Position numbers and translations under genes: made by a program. This document shows, in pieces, positions 27,201 through 38,506 of a stretch of 64,000 nucleotides of DNA; within the stretch, counting starts at the first letter, position 1, and each line of letters opens with the position of its first letter. Source of the DNA: Callorhinchus milii (taxonomy: Eukaryota); NCBI RefSeq assembly GCF_018977255.1, contig NW_024704743.1, positions 109,308,001-109,372,000 on the forward strand, in the 5' to 3' direction. The notes beneath the pieces are model-generated. The model worked only from the letters and a program-made list of their open reading frames with translations. It ran no database searches and was not told the origin of the DNA.

Positions 27201-30200
27201 TTAATGCCTTTGATTTTTCATCTGTAATAAGATTCTCCAAACTTGCAATGGAAGGTAGACATATGGTGACACCCTTTAAGCAGTCTTATTTGCTAATCCT
27301 TTTCACCAAAGTTTAGAAAATTCAACACATTAACTTCTAAAAATTTAAATTAGAAGTTTAGAAAAAAACCCAACATAAAAGCAGATTAGAGCATCCTTCT
27401 TCAAACCCCACAATTATAGACTCATTGACCTTCTTTGGTTGTCAAATTTGTTCAATAATTATAAAGCTTGCCCAAGAAAGATCACTATTAATATTGCAAT
27501 TAAAGTTTGGAAAACCTTAAATCTTAATAAAAAAGAGGTATATGAGCATTTTTTGGCAAACAGCACAAGAGCAATAATAGCAAGAAACAAAACTAGTTGT
27601 TTTACAATAAACCCAACAGTAACGCCTATATTATAAACAACTAATTTTGTATTTGCAAGATACACTCAGTTGTAATAGTAGTTCTTTTAAAAAAAAGTAC
27701 AATATTTCAGAATGCACACATTTGAAATACTTATCTTACCCCCAAAGATTTCAGTAGTATTCAAAATTCATTATATTGCTCACTTAAACAGTTAAAAATG
27801 ATCACCATGGTTATCTTCTAACATGCATCACAGTGCCACCTGGTGCATACAGAGCAAAAGATGTTCAGAGTTCATGCAGCAAACTAAGATTGTTAGTTGA
27901 TTGGCAGATCCCTTTTCCAGGGAAAATAATCCCTCAAGAAAAATAATAATAATTCGGTCACTCAATCCACGAGTTTGTGGGATACTGCTGTGCACAATTG
28001 GCTGCTGGGTTTCGTTCACAAATATACAGTTAATTCATTCTGCAGTGTATTCTGTGAAGCACTTTGAGACATTTTGAAGACGTGAAAAGAGCTATATCAA
28101 GTATTATTATTATTAATACAGCAGAGAAGCAAATTTACAGTACAATGATAATTATACACACAGGATATGCTGAATGGTCAAGATAGTTTGGTTAACTGAT
28201 CATTTTTCGGATAAGTAGCTTGTGACTGTAATTTAACCACAGGGGTCTTGTTGACATTCACGAACCCTGTGGATTGGATATGCAATCTAAATTCAGATTT
28301 ATGGTAAATTCGCCAAAACTTCTTACACACGTAAATAGGCTGTGGTTTCTATGATAACATTTGCTATTTTAAAATTGGAGGAAAACAATTACAACTTATT
28401 AAAATACCAGCATTTGCACTTTCAGCCACTTCAGCTCTTTCAGCCACGATGCCCCGAAAGTCTAGAACACACTCTCTCAATCCCTCTGCCTTGCCCGCCC
28501 CCTCTCCCCCTTTTCAAGTCCGGCCTGAAAACCTTCTCTGCGACCGCGTTTACGGTTACCCGCACTCCCCCACCCCCAGCTCGGAGTCAGGCTCCCCCAG
28601 TGTTAAGCTCTCTGGGACGCTACCCTGTGTGGAGGGCGCTATTTAAGAGCAAGTTGTTCATGTAGCCTTATTATGTAACATGTCTCAAAAGTAACACAAT
28701 AAGTTACTTTGAAGTTTAGTGGCTGTTATGTAGGCAAATAAATCAGCTAACATGTGAAAAAAAATCATGAATTCATTTTTTGTAAATTTAGATGAGTTAT
28801 ATTAAACAGCAAAGTCATTAAAATTGTGTCACACCGATCTGAACCATGAGAATAGGCAGATGGGAAATTGATTCAAAAATCTTTTCCAACAGAGGGCTTC
28901 TCCAACCATTCAGCAATACTCCTTTAGCATTGCACTGAAGTCCAGCCTAGATAACCAGCTCAAATTCAGTGCAGTGTTAGAACCTACAGCTAAGTGGACT
29001 ACCATGATAATAAAATGTATAATACTATACATCTCAACAGGCTTTAGTTTAGTATTTTTTTTTGAAAAGGACGAGAAATGTATCAATGGAAAGGTTTCTC
29101 AATCAGCACTTGAGTCAATTACAACACTATTACATTTGTATAGCATCTTTCACGTCGGGAGGACATCCCAAGGCGCTGGACAGAGTACAGCTTTTCAGAC
29201 CCGAGCTGGGGTCATGGGGGGAGAAGGGAGGGGAGGGGGAGGGGGGGTGACCGATGGCATGGTCCAAAAGGTCTTGAGGCAGGACTTGAAGGAGGCTAAG
29301 AAGGGGGTGAGGCGGAGTGACTGGGGGATGGAATTCTAGAGGTTGGGGGCAGAGTGGCTGAAGACTCTCCCGCCAATGGTGGGGCGGGTGGGTCAGGGGA
29401 CGTGAAGTAGGCCAGAGCCGGCTGAGCGGAGGGAACGGGCGGATTGGTAGGGGGTTAGGAGGTCGCAGAGGTAGGTTGAGGTGAGGCCATGGAGGGCTTT
29501 GTATGGAAGATGTGATCTTGAACTGGATCCTCTGCAGGATAGGGAGCCAGTGGAGTTGGGGGAGAGTGGGGGAGATGGGGTCACGGAGTTTGGTGCAGGA
29601 GAGGACACGGGCTGCAGAGTTCTGGATTATCTGCAGCCTGTGGAGGGAGGAGTTGGGAAGGCTGACAAGCAGGGCGTTTGCATAGTCGAGTCTGGAGGTG
29701 ATGAAGGCATGAACACAAGTTTCAGTGGCCTGAGGGGTGAGGTAGTGGCGGAGTCGGGAGATGTTACGGAGGTGAGGGAAAGCAGAGCAGGTCATGGCTT
29801 GAATGTGGGCAGAAAAGACAGTTGAGGGTCGAACAAGACAGCTTGGTTCCTGACTGGCTTGGTGAGTTGTAGTGTGCAACCATGGAGGTCGATGGTGCCA
29901 GAGCCTGAGGTGCAAAGGCGCTGGCGCGAGCCAATCAGGAGGGCCTCAGTCTTGTTCACATTCAACTGTAGGAAGTTTGCCCTCATCCAGGACTTGATGT
30001 CCGACGGACAGTCTGTTAGGACAGCAGTGGTTCTGGAGTTGAGGGTGGAGGCAGAGAGATAGATTTGGGTGTCATCCGCATACATGTGGAAGTTGACCTC
30101 ATGTCTGCGGATGATGTCACCGAAGGGGAGCATATAGATATTAAAGAGGAGAGGGCAGAGCCCTGGGGGACGCCAGACGTGACAGTGCGGGGACTGGAGG

Positions 30201-31225
30201 AGAAACCGTTAAAGGCGACAAAGTGGAGACGGTGAGAGAGATAGGAATCGAACCAGGGAAGGGGAAGTCCGCGAAGATTGAGTAAAGTGGAGAGGCAGTG
30301 TATGAGGATGGAGTGGTCGACAGTGTCGAAGGCGGCAGAGAGGTCGAGGAGGACAAGGAGGCAGAGGGAGCCCGGATCACAGAAGTTTAGAATGTCATTA
30401 GAGACTTTGACCAGGACTGTATTTAGGATTTAAGAAAGTTTAATAAAAAAAACTTTAAGAAATAAATGATGTAAATTCATGTAATAAGCCTTGCATTGGA
30501 TAAGGACATATAATGAAATAAAAGCCCAAAATTTATTTTGGCAATGCTTTCTCCTAACTCTTAACCCTTCCAGTGAAGCACTCAAAATAAGGTCAATTTA
30601 ACTCCTATTCAGATTGATGCATTTTTATCATTTCAGTTTATGCCTTTTATATTGGCATACTAAATGTCTTGCAATGAGACATACACTGGTATGAACACCT
30701 AAACACCTGGGAACTGTGGAATAATTTCTGCTAAATCCTTGGATGAGGTTGTACACTGATGTAAACATCTGGATAAATTTCTAACTAAATCCCAAACAGT
30801 TGCCTGAAGTCGGACACAGCTGCCAAACAGCAAGAGTTTGCTTACCTAACCCAAATGATGATGTGGCAGCATTTTAAGTCTAAAACACTTTCTCCCCCTC
30901 TCTCCACCACCACCACCATCAACAACAACAACAAAACAACAACAACAACAACAACAAAAAAAAACCAAAATCTCCAAAACAGGTGCGATCCACAAAAAAA
31001 AAAGGGTAAGTTGATGAACACTTTTGAGTCGGGTTCACAGATAAACCCGGCACAGAAAGCGGAGAACCTCACCTTCAGACTGATCCCTCGCTCCATTCGG
31101 CTCTTCTTCATTATTATTAATTATTATTATTATTATTATAAGTCCGAAATTTCGGACTTTTCTTTGGTAAATAAAAGTAAAATACTCTAAAAAGAATGAG
31201 AGCAGTGGAGCACATATATAAAGTG

Positions 31226-31257
<32 letters not shown>

Positions 31258-31429
31258 TTCTTAAAAAGTCTGTAAGTACACCTTATACAAAGGCTGGACT
31301 GTGAGCCGCTGACTGACCCCCTGCCCTCCCCTCCCCTCCCCTCCCCGGGTAAAGCCGGGACCCTGACCCCCTCCTCCCCCTCCCAAACACAGCCCTCCCC
31401 GCAACTCACCTCCGTCCTCGCTTCGCCAT
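3143..31429 (-). CDS. MYBL1: A-Myb (Myb-related protein A), complete spliced CDS: 16 coding exons, 2247 nt, 748 aa
   Basis: Exons join in frame via GT-AG sites. Contains R1R2R3 Myb repeats, acidic/KIX-binding [27 protein letters not shown] conserved region, and C-terminus [17 protein letters not shown]...RALIL*. N- and C-termini resemble A-Myb rather than c-Myb or B-Myb, and the gene lies next to VCPIP1. Confidence 0.97.
3911..4051 (-). CDS. MYBL1: MYBL1 exon 15 ([16 protein letters not shown]...FETPRQ)
   Basis: ttacag|TCT...CAG|gtaagt, 141 nt, open phase 0; divergent, but start resembles A-Myb SE..TSLL. Confidence 0.85.
4633..5240 (-). mobile_element. L2-clade LINE 3' fragment
   Basis: ORF 4682..5305 has [10 protein letters not shown]...LHWLPV.ERIDFK; (CAA)n tail at about 4635. 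Confidence 0.9.
5486..5593 (-). CDS. MYBL1: MYBL1 exon 14 ([20 protein letters not shown]...SDAQ)
   Basis: cag|CGA...CAG|gtgagt, 108 nt; KKVRKSL motif. Confidence 0.94.
5709..5825 (-). CDS. MYBL1: MYBL1 exon 13 ([22 protein letters not shown]...CDQE)
   Basis: cag|CCT...GAG|gtagt, 117 nt. Confidence 0.93.
6385..6499 (-). CDS. MYBL1: MYBL1 exon 12 ([38 protein letters not shown])
   Basis: cag|T...GTG|gtatg, 115 nt; TPTPFK conserved region. Confidence 0.97.
7492..7634 (-). CDS. MYBL1: MYBL1 exon 11 ([27 protein letters not shown]...KENAG)
   Basis: tag|TTT...GG|gtaagc, 143 nt. Confidence 0.96.
8063..9333 (-). mobile_element. CR1-clade LINE, 5'-truncated (RT and 3' end)
   Basis: ORFs 9019..9333 ([21 protein letters not shown]) and 8145..8762 ([15 protein letters not shown]); CR1-type 3' tail near 8063-8130. 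Confidence 0.93.
9593..9967 (-). CDS. MYBL1: MYBL1 exon 10 ([14 protein letters not shown]...[14 protein letters not shown]...LPFSPSQ)
   Basis: cag|GAT...CAG|gtata, 375 nt. Confidence 0.96.
11326..11597. repeat. Degenerate (AC)/(AG) microsatellite
   Basis: acacag/agagac low-complexity tract. Confidence 0.9.
12190..12495 (+). mobile_element. Old diverged Deu-type SINE
   Basis: aaggtgtcatctttcatgagacatt...gctgctgggcacaaactggctgcc...atcaaatgcaaagattatt. Confidence 0.7.
13576..13821 (-). CDS. MYBL1: MYBL1 exon 9 ([11 protein letters not shown]...[14 protein letters not shown])
   Basis: cag|CCA...GCG|gtaag, 246 nt; FAETL-equivalent motif. Confidence 0.93.
14646..14750 (-). CDS. MYBL1: MYBL1 exon 8, transactivation domain ([35 protein letters not shown])
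   Basis: cag|CAG...GCT|gtaagg, 105 nt; LxxLL CBP/p300 KIX-binding motif. Confidence 0.95.
15420..15510 (+). mobile_element. CR1-type 3' tail fragment
   Basis: ggcatggactgattgggccaagtggcctgtttccatgctgta. Confidence 0.7.
15551..15625 (-). CDS. MYBL1: MYBL1 exon 7 ([25 protein letters not shown])
   Basis: aag|GCC...CAA|gtgagt, 75 nt, resembles the A-Myb GYQY...CIE.VQ segment. Confidence 0.88.
15753..15936 (-). CDS. MYBL1: MYBL1 exon 6 ([24 protein letters not shown]...FFIPVPTQ)
   Basis: tag|G...CAG|gtaaa, 184 nt, R3 recognition helix. Confidence 0.96.
16050..16455 (+). mobile_element. L2 LINE 3' fragment, internally deleted
   Basis: ctgcagattattcagaactctgcagctcg core; (TTG)n tail. Confidence 0.85.
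16660..16880 (-). CDS. MYBL1: MYBL1 exon 5 ([50 protein letters not shown]...LLPGR)
   Basis: tag|GTA...AG|gtatg, 221 nt, R2/R3 repeats. Confidence 0.97.
17453..17545 (-). CDS. MYBL1: MYBL1 exon 4 ([31 protein letters not shown])
   Basis: cag|AAC...AAG|gtaat, 93 nt; lies within ORF 17360..17554. Confidence 0.97.
18000..18071 (-). CDS. MYBL1: MYBL1 exon 3 ([24 protein letters not shown])
   Basis: cag|GAT...GTT|gtaagt, 72 nt, R1 repeat. Confidence 0.95.
18406..18511 (-). CDS. MYBL1: MYBL1 exon 2 ([36 protein letters not shown])
   Basis: cag|T...GAG|gtaaa, 106 nt, start of R1. Confidence 0.95.
18620..18868 (-). mobile_element. Old Deu-type SINE
   Basis: ggcagccaatttgcacacagcaatgtcccacaaacagc core. 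Confidence 0.75.
18869..19115 (-). mobile_element. L2 LINE 3' end
   Basis: (CAA)n tail + gcgcctttcacgtcaggaggacgtcccaaggcgct. Confidence 0.88.
19744..20624. mobile_element. CR1 LINE with inverted 5' part (RT on minus 19750-20440; 3' end on plus 20441-20624)
   Basis: ORFs 19971..20363 ([16 protein letters not shown]) and 19744..20061 on minus; plus-strand CR1 tail gatcagccatgatcttattgaatggc...ttcctatgttcttatg. Confidence 0.88.
21083..21810 (-). mobile_element. Two tandem L2 3' fragments
   Basis: [14 protein letters not shown] in ORF 21176..21574; second 3' stem at about 21545; duplicated tail at 21083-21130. Confidence 0.85.
22180..22550 (-). mobile_element. L2 3' fragment
   Basis: (CAA)n tail and L2 3' stem-loop. 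Confidence 0.85.
24238..24550 (-). mobile_element. Full-length tRNA-derived Deu-type SINE, tail-to-tail with a plus-strand SINE end at about 24100-24218
   Basis: tRNA-Ala-like head, Deu-like core, (TTA)n tail. Confidence 0.9.
26208..26378 (-). mobile_element. CR1-type 3' end fragment
   Basis: acatagaacatacagcagaaacaggccattcggcccaac. Confidence 0.75.
26612..26805 (+). mobile_element. 5'-truncated Deu-type SINE
   Basis: Core + aatgcaaggattattatta tail. Confidence 0.88.
27925..28115 (+). mobile_element. 5'-truncated Deu-type SINE
   Basis: Core + tail. Confidence 0.85.
28420..28660 (+). mobile_element. L2 3' fragment
   Basis: gtggagggcgctatttaagagcaagttgtt tail. Confidence 0.75.
29120..30420 (-). 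mobile_element. L2 LINE, longest copy (about 1.3 kb; frameshifted RT)
   Basis: [10 protein letters not shown] (ORF 29792..30133), [23 protein letters not shown]; 3' stem-loop and tail. Confidence 0.93.
30905..31260. repeat. Microsatellite cluster (CAC)n/(CAA)n, (TTA)n, (TA)n
   Basis: Direct reading. Confidence 0.9.
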
Positions 31430-32200
31430 CCCGGGAGGAGACGGTTCGCTGTGGGGCTCCGGGTGTCCGCGGCTGTCAGGCTCGGGCTCGGGCTCGGGCT
31501 GTCTGTCCGGCAGTCGGGCTCAGGCTGACCAAGCGAACGGTGGGCAAAGGGGCGGCGTGTGTCCGGTATTAATACCTGTGGGGGCTCAGGCCCCCGCTGT
31601 CAGGCTGACTCAGGGCGAGTGTCCGCGCTCTCATACCCACAGGCAGACAGGCCCTCCCCCCCCGACCCACCCCCCGCCTGTCCCGGCGATGCCGCGACCC
31701 CGCTGTGTCTCGCTCGCCCTCGGGCTCCGTTTCTATATCCCGCCAAATCTCGCGCGCAGCCTCCCTCTCAAACATTCCCGAACGCTGTTTGAATGTGCGC
31801 ACGCGCCCTGACCGTTCATAGGCTGAGAGCGCGGCGAGTGGCAGCGCCCCCCCCCCCCCCCACCGGGAGGAGCGTCACACACACACACACACACACACGC
31901 ACAGGGCCGCCTCGCCGCACTGGACACTGGGAGTTGTAGTTCACACGGTGGCCCCCCTCTCAGTGATCGGGTTCGCGTGCGCACTCCCCTCCGCCGCCGC
32001 ATTGCACTGTGGGGGCTGTAGTTCGCTGAGGAATACAGGCACTGATAAGACTTGGCAGACCAGACCAGGACTTGGGAGGGGCAGATCGGTCGCTGGGAGA
32101 TTGCACCTTTCCCACTCAGCTCCCGCTAACCCCGCAAGCCGGAGTACTGCCGGCGCGGGTGGTCCGAGCTGGACACGCGGCAGGAAAGCTTTTATCTGGT
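31300..32200 (-). promoter_or_regulatory. MYBL1 CpG-island promoter / 5' UTR
   Basis: CpG-rich. E2F site TTTGGCGGGA (31738-31747, minus); CHR TTTGAA (31788-31793); NRF1-like (31794-31806); ZNF143/SBS ACTACAACTCCCA (31928-31940, minus) plus a variant near 32000-32024; AP-1 TGACTCA (31606-31612). Confidence 0.85.
31410..31429 (-). CDS. MYBL1: MYBL1 coding exon 1 (MAKRGR + AG)
   Basis: ATGGCGAAGCGAGGACGGAG|GTGAGT inside the CpG island; phase 2 matches exon 2. Confidence 0.92.
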
Positions 32201-32279
32201 CAGACTCCAGCCGGATCCCAAAGCACAGTCTGGGGTCTCCAAAGCTTCGTCTCTTGCCAACCTGCGCCTCATCACTCCA

Positions 32280-32580
32280 ATAATAATAATAATCCTCGCA
32301 CTTGATATAGCGCTTTTCACCTCTCTCCTCGACGTCTCAAAGCGCTTCACAGAATATGCTGTAAAGTGAATTGACCGTATATTGGTGGGCAAAACGCGGC
32401 AGCCAATTGCGCACAGCAGTGCCCCACAAACAGTCGTGGATTGAAAATGACCCAATTTATTATTGTTTTGTTTTGGAGGGATTATTATTATTAGGCGTGA
32501 GGTGTAAGGAAACTTTCCCAAGGTTTCCCCCTGCCGGGAATGGAACCCAGGTGTCTCGCTTGCAAGAATACAGGACTCCG
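32280..32580 (-). mobile_element. Near full-length Deu-type SINE upstream of the MYBL1 promoter
   Basis: Tail, core, and partly deleted tRNA head. Confidence 0.9.
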
Positions 32581-33859
32581 AGTAACTCTGGAATTAGGTA
32601 CACAGGATGCGTCCCTCCAGGGAAAGTGCGTATTCCATTCAGACACGGGGAAATGGCCATTTAGTGGCTGCTCTTGCGCACGTCCTTGTAAGTGTCTCTG
32701 CAGCAGTAAAGCAAAGACCTATGAACAGGTCGTCTGGAAATTATACGCACCATATGAGGGCAGAGGAGCACTAAAGAGATGAGAAAGTAGTGTAAAAAAG
32801 TAGGAAAGAAGGAATCTGAAATGGATACAAAATTGTGAGAGCTGTTATGCCCAGGAAGATCTGCACCGCAATAGCTCAATTAGCCATGATGTTGGAATAC
32901 AGGGTAAGCGATTGGATTAAATGAAGAAAAAATTAGATCTTGGCTTCCATTCCACTGCAAAATACTAGGAAGTGCACTATGTTCATAGACAGAAGCAATG
33001 CCAGAGGCCTAATGCTTTCGTTTTATAATAGAAAATTCAACAAAAGTTTTTTTTAAAAAAAAGTTAATTCATCCCCAGATTTATTAATACTTCTATCAAA
33101 ATGTGACTGCATTTGCCTTGCAGTGTGACCATCAATGAACTACTGTCCTCTAGTGGTCGAGTATGTATCTGGATATGGAATTAAATACAGTACTGCACTC
33201 TGAAACTGATTTCAACATCCAGGGAAGAGGGAATTTCACCATCAACTTATGGAAAGGATGAGAAGGATATTGGGCATTCAGATCTGAGATTGGAGGCCTT
33301 ACAGTGCAGGAATAATAGAAATAATAATCCTTACATTTGATATAGCATTTTTCACATAGGGAGGACGACTCAAAGTGCTTCATCACACTTGAGAATGAAA
33401 TGCATACTACTTTATTTTGTCACATTTGACTTCGTAACATAGACTTTGATTACTAAAATGAGCCAGGAATACTTAGTGTGTAATTTGTTTATAAGCTCTG
33501 TGTGTTTTTATTTCATGTGTCGAAAATAAATCGTCTCTGATGCTGTTGAATGCTTTGTTGGAATCGATGTGCTGGTCTAAGCATAAAGGGAGATGAATTA
33601 CAGTTTTTTTACATAAAAGAAAAGCTATAAAAATCATGAATCAAATATTCTAGTCGAACACAAATTTTAGCATTGAAATTTTTTTCTCAACTCAAAAAAA
33701 AGCATGAAATGCATTCAGCATAAGTGGGAGAAAACTAATTGATATGTGCTATTCAGTGATGTGTATGATGAAAATCTCGGAAACTTAGCATTTTTCTGAG
33801 GGACTGATGCAAAGGAAGGAAAAAAAAAAAATCGGTAAAAAGTTTAAAACATCCTTGGA

Positions 33860-36800
33860 CAGCATGACCGTGAAACATTTTAATTTATTGCACCTTCAGG
33901 ATATGCTCATAACTCATGCTAACAGCAAGATGGTACTTGTAGCCTGTACCACTTCATTTTTTTAATAAGCATTCAATAAAAGAACTCCAATTACTGTACA
34001 AGTCACTTATAATATTGTACAATATATACTATTATACACAGGTGTTACATTATAGAGCAATGCATTTAAGATATTTGGTACAGCAACCACAAATATTAAC
34101 AAACCAAATTTGCCAGTGTCAAACCAAATCAGTTGCCAGTGTTGTCCGATTACCATAAATGCGTCAGTTTGTTTCTTATAATCTTGTTAACATTTTTTTT
34201 TAAACAGGGACATTCAAAACTCTTATATCTTCTCCATTAAAAATAAACTGTATATACACAATACACTCAAAATGTACTTCAAAATATTTGAATAACTGGA
34301 TGGCAAACACTGCAAAAAAAATCCAACTTTTGTGGGATGTTTAACTTTAGACCCATTTTGTATTTTCAATCTAATTGTTAACATTTGTGTTTCAGTTACA
34401 TTACTGAATATTCCATAATGGACTATTGCGTGAATTATATTATTTGCATTTAAAAAGGACATTAAAGTTGAAAATCCCATGTTAAGACTGCAATGAATTT
34501 TAATGTACATTCTTAACGGAATGTCTTTAATCCTCACAAATGACCTAAAAACAGATTCAGAAGCAATTGAATCATGAACCCAGTTCAAAGCTAGTTACCA
34601 AAATGAAGCTCATTTTGAAAAGTGGAAAACTCTTCTCTTTTGAAAGTTGATATTTTTGTTGACATTAACCCTTTCCTGAAAGCACTCTAACTGTTTCACA
34701 CTACAAGTGGTATGTTTTATGAAGTGCACAAGTCTTGAAGCATTTTTAAATATGATTTTAATTGGTTCACTATTCAATTAAATAAAATCAGAATCAGCCT
34801 ATCAATATCAAAGCAAAAGTAATCATCTCTCATAGTACAATTCAACGCTCGTTTTAATTGAAGAGCAGACAGCATCAGCTTTATATTTTATCAGAGGTAA
34901 TCATTTGAAGTCTAGTCCTAGAGTCCCTAGCATCTTGTTTAATAGTGAAATTCTGCACTTCTTACAATTATTAAAATGAGACAGGCTTACTTTTTGTGCA
35001 ATTTGTCTCATTAAGGTCTGTGCGTTCTTCTCACATGTAAAAAGTAAATGGTACGATTTGCACATAACAGGAATATTAGTGGTTGTATTTCAAAAATCAG
35101 ATAATTGGTAGTTCTTCCCACTCCCATTACAACTTGACATTACCACTATAAATTCACTAGCTGCAGCTCATAACCACTCTGCTCAGTTTTATGATCACTA
35201 CCAGTATCAAATGACTGCACACACCATAGAATAACACCTTTAAAAGTGAAGGAACAGACATTCATTTTTCTCCTCAGAGTTTGCAACTTTGCTAAGAGGA
35301 AGATGATTTTCAACATTTTTCCAAGTTCCTGAATTTGGTGTCTGAGGAATGAAAGAGGCAAAATTGTGAATTTTAACTACACAGCAGTCTTTATGGTTTG
35401 TTTTACTTGCACCATAATGAAACATTTGTGAGGATTTTCTTTTAAACTGAACTTAAGTAAAATGGATGGCATAAGAAAGGCTGACATACTAAAATGTGAA
35501 ACAAGTGGAGGCGAATTGTCCTAGATACTTGCATGACATTTTTTTGTTCCAAAGCATCTTCATTTTCTGTTCACATAATACTCAGCACTTTCCAATTCCT
35601 GTCAATTACTGAGGGCATAATGTCAAATGATTGCATTCAACATCCTTTATAAGTTTGCCAGCTGTAGCTACATTTGCATGGTTACTCTCATATCTGTAAT
35701 GAAAACCTTAAACACAACCACCTTTTAGACCTCAGTATGCAAGAAAGAAATTGGATCTTCTCCCTTCCTGCCTTGTGTTAAAGAATTGGGAGAGTATGGA
35801 GTACTTCACAAAATTATACAGTAGGTTGTTAGCCATATTTGCATTGGAGCCCTGAAAAATAACAAATTCAGGTCCTTGTTTGTCCCTCAGGAAGCAATGC
35901 AGTGTCTCACTGCAACTTACTCTTTTTCCTAGGATAACTATTACAACATTAGGACAGTGGGCTTTTCTCCCCAAAATTCTACAGCGGGACACAAGCTATC
36001 TAGATCCCAAACTATAGATTGTATATATACTGTATGAGTGCAAAATACTGGTATTAAACCTATGCAAAGAGTGATTTCCAACTTTGAAATAGTTTTTTCA
36101 GTAAAAGATATTATTCAACTTTAGTTAAGCACTCACCCAACAAACGTATCTACACAAATGGCAGTTTTGTCACAAGCAATTGGACCATTCCTCCACTATG
36201 ATCACAGTGTATTTAGCAATGAAAGAAATTTTAAGCTGGTGAATATCAAATGTAAGAATCTTTCTGTGGCAAACTGAATCCTTTTCCTCTGCAATAGGAC
36301 TGAACACGGTACTGCAATTTGATTATTTCTATAAAGTTTTTAAACCAAGAACAACTTATTTTCTTAGGCCCTGGCCCTAATCCTTGAAGCCAGAGTAATA
36401 AAGAATGTTTCTGGATCTTTCTAAAGAGCAACAACACATTTATTGTATGTTGATGGACGTACATCTTACATAGCATGTCAGCTAGGGCCATGTGACCTTA
36501 TTTGACCTTACTCTGTATTATTTTATTTCTAGCAAAACAGCATCACAAATTAATGTTTAAATCAGATGTATCTGGAAATTGCACTGTAAAGAGACTCGTC
36601 TCTTTCAACAAAGGTCTACTGAAAGCTGCGTCAACGGCAGAATCTCAGCTGAGTGCAGGTTAGCAATCATGATATTGTATATTTGTGAAGACTGATTGAG
36701 GGCAATAGTAAGGCTGAAGCGGTCATATGGATTGCCAAGAAAAATCTTGCTATCATGCAGCAAATAAAGGGATTAAATCTGATTCTGTCTTTTGAACACG

Positions 36801-38506
36801 ATGAGCTCCTTTTGCCATGGGACGACTCTTGTACAAAGCCCAGCTTTGCCTGCATTGAGGGGGAAAAAATTAAACAAGTAAATAAACTGAGTTTGTCCTT
36901 TCAGATTAGTTTCTCCCCCTCATTTTCTTCTTTACCAGGATATTTGTAATTACACATGCAGAATTAATTGAACTGTTTAAAAGGGGATAATATTTGGGAA
37001 GTAAGAGCGTGAGAAGTGAAGGGCTGAGAAATATGATTAAATGGTCTGCCATGATCTAATAAAATGGCAGAACAGGTTTGATGTTCCGAAGCTATACATC
37101 GTCCTGAAGCCAGAGCACACAATGGTCTGGACAATATATATGTTAACAGAACCAAATACAAAGCTGCTCTTAGATTGTCCAAGATGTGCAACAATTTAAG
37201 TGAAATGGGACACGATCAGTTTTGTTCTTCCCATCCACAGCCTTTTTTCCTTTCCCTCTCCACATCCCCCACCACGAATGCTTTGCTATTACGCAGGTAT
37301 GCCTTTTACATTGCCAAGGAGAAAAAGTGGGAAACAAGCAATTCCCGGAATCCATCACATAACTAAATTTGAGATAAGCACTCAAACTCCTGAGCTAACA
37401 CTGTAGTGCACTGTACTATAGGAAGATTGATTTATTAATATTAATTATATTAAAATCAATTTAAGAATTTGACATGATTAGATTTAAAATTGTTCATCCA
37501 AATCAAGAATAATAGATGCCTGGTAGTGTGATGCAAGTTGCAACACATTTGAGCAGTCAAATATCAATGTACACTTGGCAACTTGTTACATAAGTAACTC
37601 AGCCACATTATTTTTTTAAAAGAATATACAGCCTTACATTATTCTGACCTTGCTACATATTAGCTTTCCCATTTTAGTTCTCAATTTATTTATTTTTGCT
37701 ATTTTTTCTTTTCATCCTGATAAAATTGCTTTATGTGATTTTTGCATCTGGTTATAAATAATCAAAAGAATGAAGGCTTATCTTAGTGCTAAACGAAGAA
37801 CGTGAGAGCATCAGCTGACAGGAAGAATCTGTTTTACTGAAAAATTAATTATCTCTATTACTGCTTTAGAATAATGTTGCTTGCAAGTTTTATGTTAAAC
37901 TGTACACTGCTGAGTTAAAAGGGAAGAAAAACAAAGAAGCTTTGAGGGGTTGTACACAATAAGAGCAAAGGTCAAGCAGCTTATAAATATCACCTGAACT
38001 CCAAAGTGCATTTATGATCTTGAAACATGCTCCAAACCCAATTATTTGTGTCACATATCAAATCAGAATTACTGAGAAGATTTTATTTTACTTTAGTAAA
38101 ACTTTCCGGCTCTTCCCTTCCTCCCTATCCCTATAGTTATCATTAATAAACCTAACTGATTTGAACCTGAAGTGACTGTTTTTCACTGCCTTACTGGGAA
38201 ATTTCATACCCTGTATATATATATTTTTGAAACATTCAAACATTATGTTCTCCCCTACCCCATCACTGTACTGTACTAATCTCATCAAAAAAGAGAGCAG
38301 TGCAGTGATTGCATCCACATTTTCCTCTCATTCCTCTCCGCTAAAGAGCACGTTTGCCACAGACGTCTACAATACTGCTCCAAAAATCATTCTTCCACCT
38401 CACTCCCTTCCCCACAATGGAATATTCTGCTGTTAGGAACAGCTTACAATACATCTTTTTTTTTTGAGGACTCACCATGCTTCATAATATCAATTTCTAC
38501 ATGAAG
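33860..38506 (-). other. VCPIP1: VCPIP1 long 3' UTR (candidate AATAAA at 33884-33889; alternative at 33411-33416)
   Basis: About 4.6 kb AT-rich stretch devoid of the SINE/L2 copies that fill all introns. Confidence 0.6.

Noticed and set aside
33765..33807. C box ATGATGA followed by CTGA boxes (snoRNA-like)
   Set aside because: Only about 45 nt, no convincing terminal stem, and not in an identified host intron
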